Position numbers and translations under genes: made by a program. Source: Selaginella moellendorffii (taxonomy: Eukaryota; Plantae; Lycopodiophyta). Taken from it: 9,834 bases of DNA. Below, in pieces: positions 7,930 to 9,834 of this stretch. Numbering within the stretch: the first letter of the stretch is position 1; each line of letters opens with the position of its first letter. The DNA lies in NCBI RefSeq assembly GCF_000143415.4, contig NW_003314387.1, positions 439,258 to 449,091 of the forward strand. The letters run 5' to 3'. Below the pieces are notes generated by a model. It ran no database searches. It saw only the letters and a list, made by a program, of their open reading frames with translations, and was not told the DNA's origin.

Positions 7930-8575
7930 ACTTTTGAGAAACAAAGCGTAAGTATGCTGCAACAAGAACCAGCAACAGCCGTTTAAGGTATTGTCGTGGA
8001 AGATGGCTTGCCTGAGCTCGAGTTTGATTTGATCCAGGCACCCTGGTCCCATCTATTCTTCACTTGGTTGTCAAAGCTTGGAGGTCCATAGGTTTCGATC
8101 CTTTCAAATCCTGCTCCAACTTTTGATGCCTTTTCTTGGCAATAATATATTGCTCTGAAACCGTGAAAGCTTACTCACCTGCAAAAAAAACTCTAGGGTT
8201 GCACCAGACATCCAATAAACCAGAGAAGCTCTCGAGGAAAATCCTAGATTCAACATAAACAAGTCACACCTCATGGAATTGGTGGTGATCTTGGTGCAAC
8301 TAGCTAGTTAAGCTTGTCCTCAAACACATGGTTTTGGCATTTGTCTTCCACACTATTGTCCAATCTTGTGAAAGCCTTGACCGAGCTTAAACTCAATCAG
8401 CTGAGAACAAGCTGTCTCAAAAGTTTCCAAAGAGCAGAAGGCATAATACAAAGGTCACAAACTCATCTCATCACAAGTTGCATTGTGGTCACTCCACGCC
8501 TTGGATGTTGATGAACTACAGGCCTCCATTTATCTTGGAAAATACATCTATGAGGAATGAAGCAATCTGGACAAT
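7930..8575 (-). pseudogene. F-box/LRR protein pseudogene (copy D)
   Basis: The minus strand gives FLIDVFSKI / STSKAWS (F-box-like), LRQLVLS and CLDQIKLELRQAIF. Nucleotide blocks gctcggtcaaggctttcacaa, agttgcaccaa, gggtgcctggatcaaatcaaact and caagccatcttc are shared with copies A-C. Confidence 0.55.
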
Positions 8576-8577
8576 AG

Positions 8578-8970
8578 TATAAGCAAAATGAGCACGAGAA
8601 GAACCATACATACCGTGGAAAAGCATAAGTTCTACACTCAAAACGACACACACATGGCACGGGCAATGTTTGATCAAATGCCCGAGTGCCACAACATTGT
8701 CGCATGGACTGCTAGGCCTACGCTCTCACTGGGAATTTCTTCCACGCTTTAATTTGATCCTCTACCAGGAGATGGTCTTGGAAGGAATGGCCACATTCAC
8801 TTCCGAAATCAGAAAAGTTCTTTGTCAGGATGTACCATCTAGTAGGACGAAACTGGCCTCAAGAATGCTAGAGCATAAGTTATAACATGTAGATACGTGG
8901 GGCTCCTCGCCAAATGATGAACCTATGCAGAGACTTGCCCGATCGTGGAGCACTAGTACACGCAAGGTGG
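8578..8970 (+). pseudogene. PLS-class PPR protein pseudogene fragment
   Basis: YKQNEH and YTQN (YAQNGH-like), MARAMFDQMPECHNIVAWTA (from 8654), frameshift, AYALTGN, frameshift, LYQEMVLEGMATFTS, then LARS/GALVHAR. These are S- and P-motif signatures with many indels. Confidence 0.8.
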
Positions 8971-9270
8971 ATTGTTAACATTGAGGATGTCATTGTCGTG
9001 TGCTAAAGTGGCCTGAAGAACGCCACCGTGATTGGATTCCTTGTGATTCCATCACTCTTTTAGCTAATAGAGCTTCTAATTACAATCTTTTACAAGGAAC
9101 CCACAGTACAAAGACTAAGCTCGGTTACTAAGCTCAATAATGAAGATTAGGCCATTGTTGGAATGTCCATTTTAGGGAGTTGTGCTCTTATTGGATAGCT
9201 CATTGTAACGCTTGAGCTAAATGCTTTTCAATTAAAACATACAATAATATGCTTTGCCTCCTGTGGGAAC

Positions 9271-9834
9271 ATGCAGTCTATGTTAGGAGATCTCAGCAGG
9301 CATGGTGGATCAATGTTCCATCTGGAACGGATGAAATTTCTTGCTCAAGGTGCTCGTCTGCCCACATTCCACAGCAATATTCTGAAGCTGTACGTGAAGG
9401 AGATACTCGATGGGTTGTACAAAGAGATCAGGAAGATCCTGGTGCCGTTCATGTGGATGTTGTGCTGCCATTTGAATGAAAATTCCGGGGTTGGTAAATC
9501 TGCATTCGTCTGGTACTTCCGGTCATGATCTACGAGTCCAGAGCGACTGTTTTGATGTTCAAGGGTAACAAAGCTCAGGGTGGTGAATAGAGAAGACTTC
9601 CCTCAGGAGATTGTGCTGGACAGCAAAGTAGATACCATCTCATCGATCTGTGAGTGGACTTGGGGCGGATGGTTGGAAATAAAACCCTTGTTGTTGCTTC
9701 ATCACCAGACGAGTTCAATGTCAGAAAAGCCAAGCGGACAACGTTCACTCGCTATCTGCCTGCGTGGGAAAAGCACGAGTACGATGCTCTTGTGTCTTCT
9801 TGGAGGAAACGCGTGACAGACTACGAGAGTGGAT
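9271..9834 (+). pseudogene. Crinkler (CRN)/RHS-type P-loop NTPase domain pseudogene
   Basis: Ordered motifs LYVKE (9388), ENSGVGKSAFVWY (degenerate Walker A, ~9478-9516), MIYE, YHLID, KTLVVASSP (SSP at 9699) and RYLPAWEKHE (9750) parallel the CR-NTPase pattern LYVR...GxPGIGKS..F..Y...YLVD...SSP...YMPxWxxxE. Several frameshifts. Confidence 0.7.

Noticed and set aside
8400-8575. Plus-strand PPR motifs extending upstream (e.g. RNEAIWTIV)
   Set aside because: The region is better explained by the minus-strand F-box/LRR copy D, which has nucleotide homology to copies A and B.
9100-9140. ACTAAGCTC direct repeat
   Set aside because: Only two 9 bp copies with no associated structure.

Overview
Eukaryotic, almost certainly land-plant, nuclear DNA made up of decayed sequence; I see no intact protein-coding gene. 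The 55-65 nt GT-AG introns, S-rich PLS-type PPR remnants and a Crinkler-like NTPase suggest a Selaginella-like lycophyte, but that is inference. (1) 1-3838 (minus) is the 5' half of a degenerate Ty3/gypsy LTR retrotransposon: a ~430 bp LTR, a tRNA-Arg(UCG) primer-binding site, and a very long gag (~700 aa low-complexity N-extension, capsid core, two CCHC knuckles) broken by stops that look like C->T changes. (2) 3844-8575 is a diverged array of a compound cassette: [F-box/LRR pseudogene]-[tRNA-like Pol III-type element]-[PPR E-region remnant]. There are two direct copies (~1.07-1.1 kb period), one inverted copy, and a fourth copy with only the F-box/LRR part. A 5'-decayed, 4-exon START/SRPBCC-like gene fragment sits inside the array. 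(3) 8578-9834 holds another PPR pseudogene and a Crinkler/RHS-type P-loop NTPase pseudogene. The most intriguing element is the ~80 nt tRNA-like sequence, present three times and much better conserved than its flanks. All alignments and translations were done by eye. Most ORFs in the supplied track are shadow frames.
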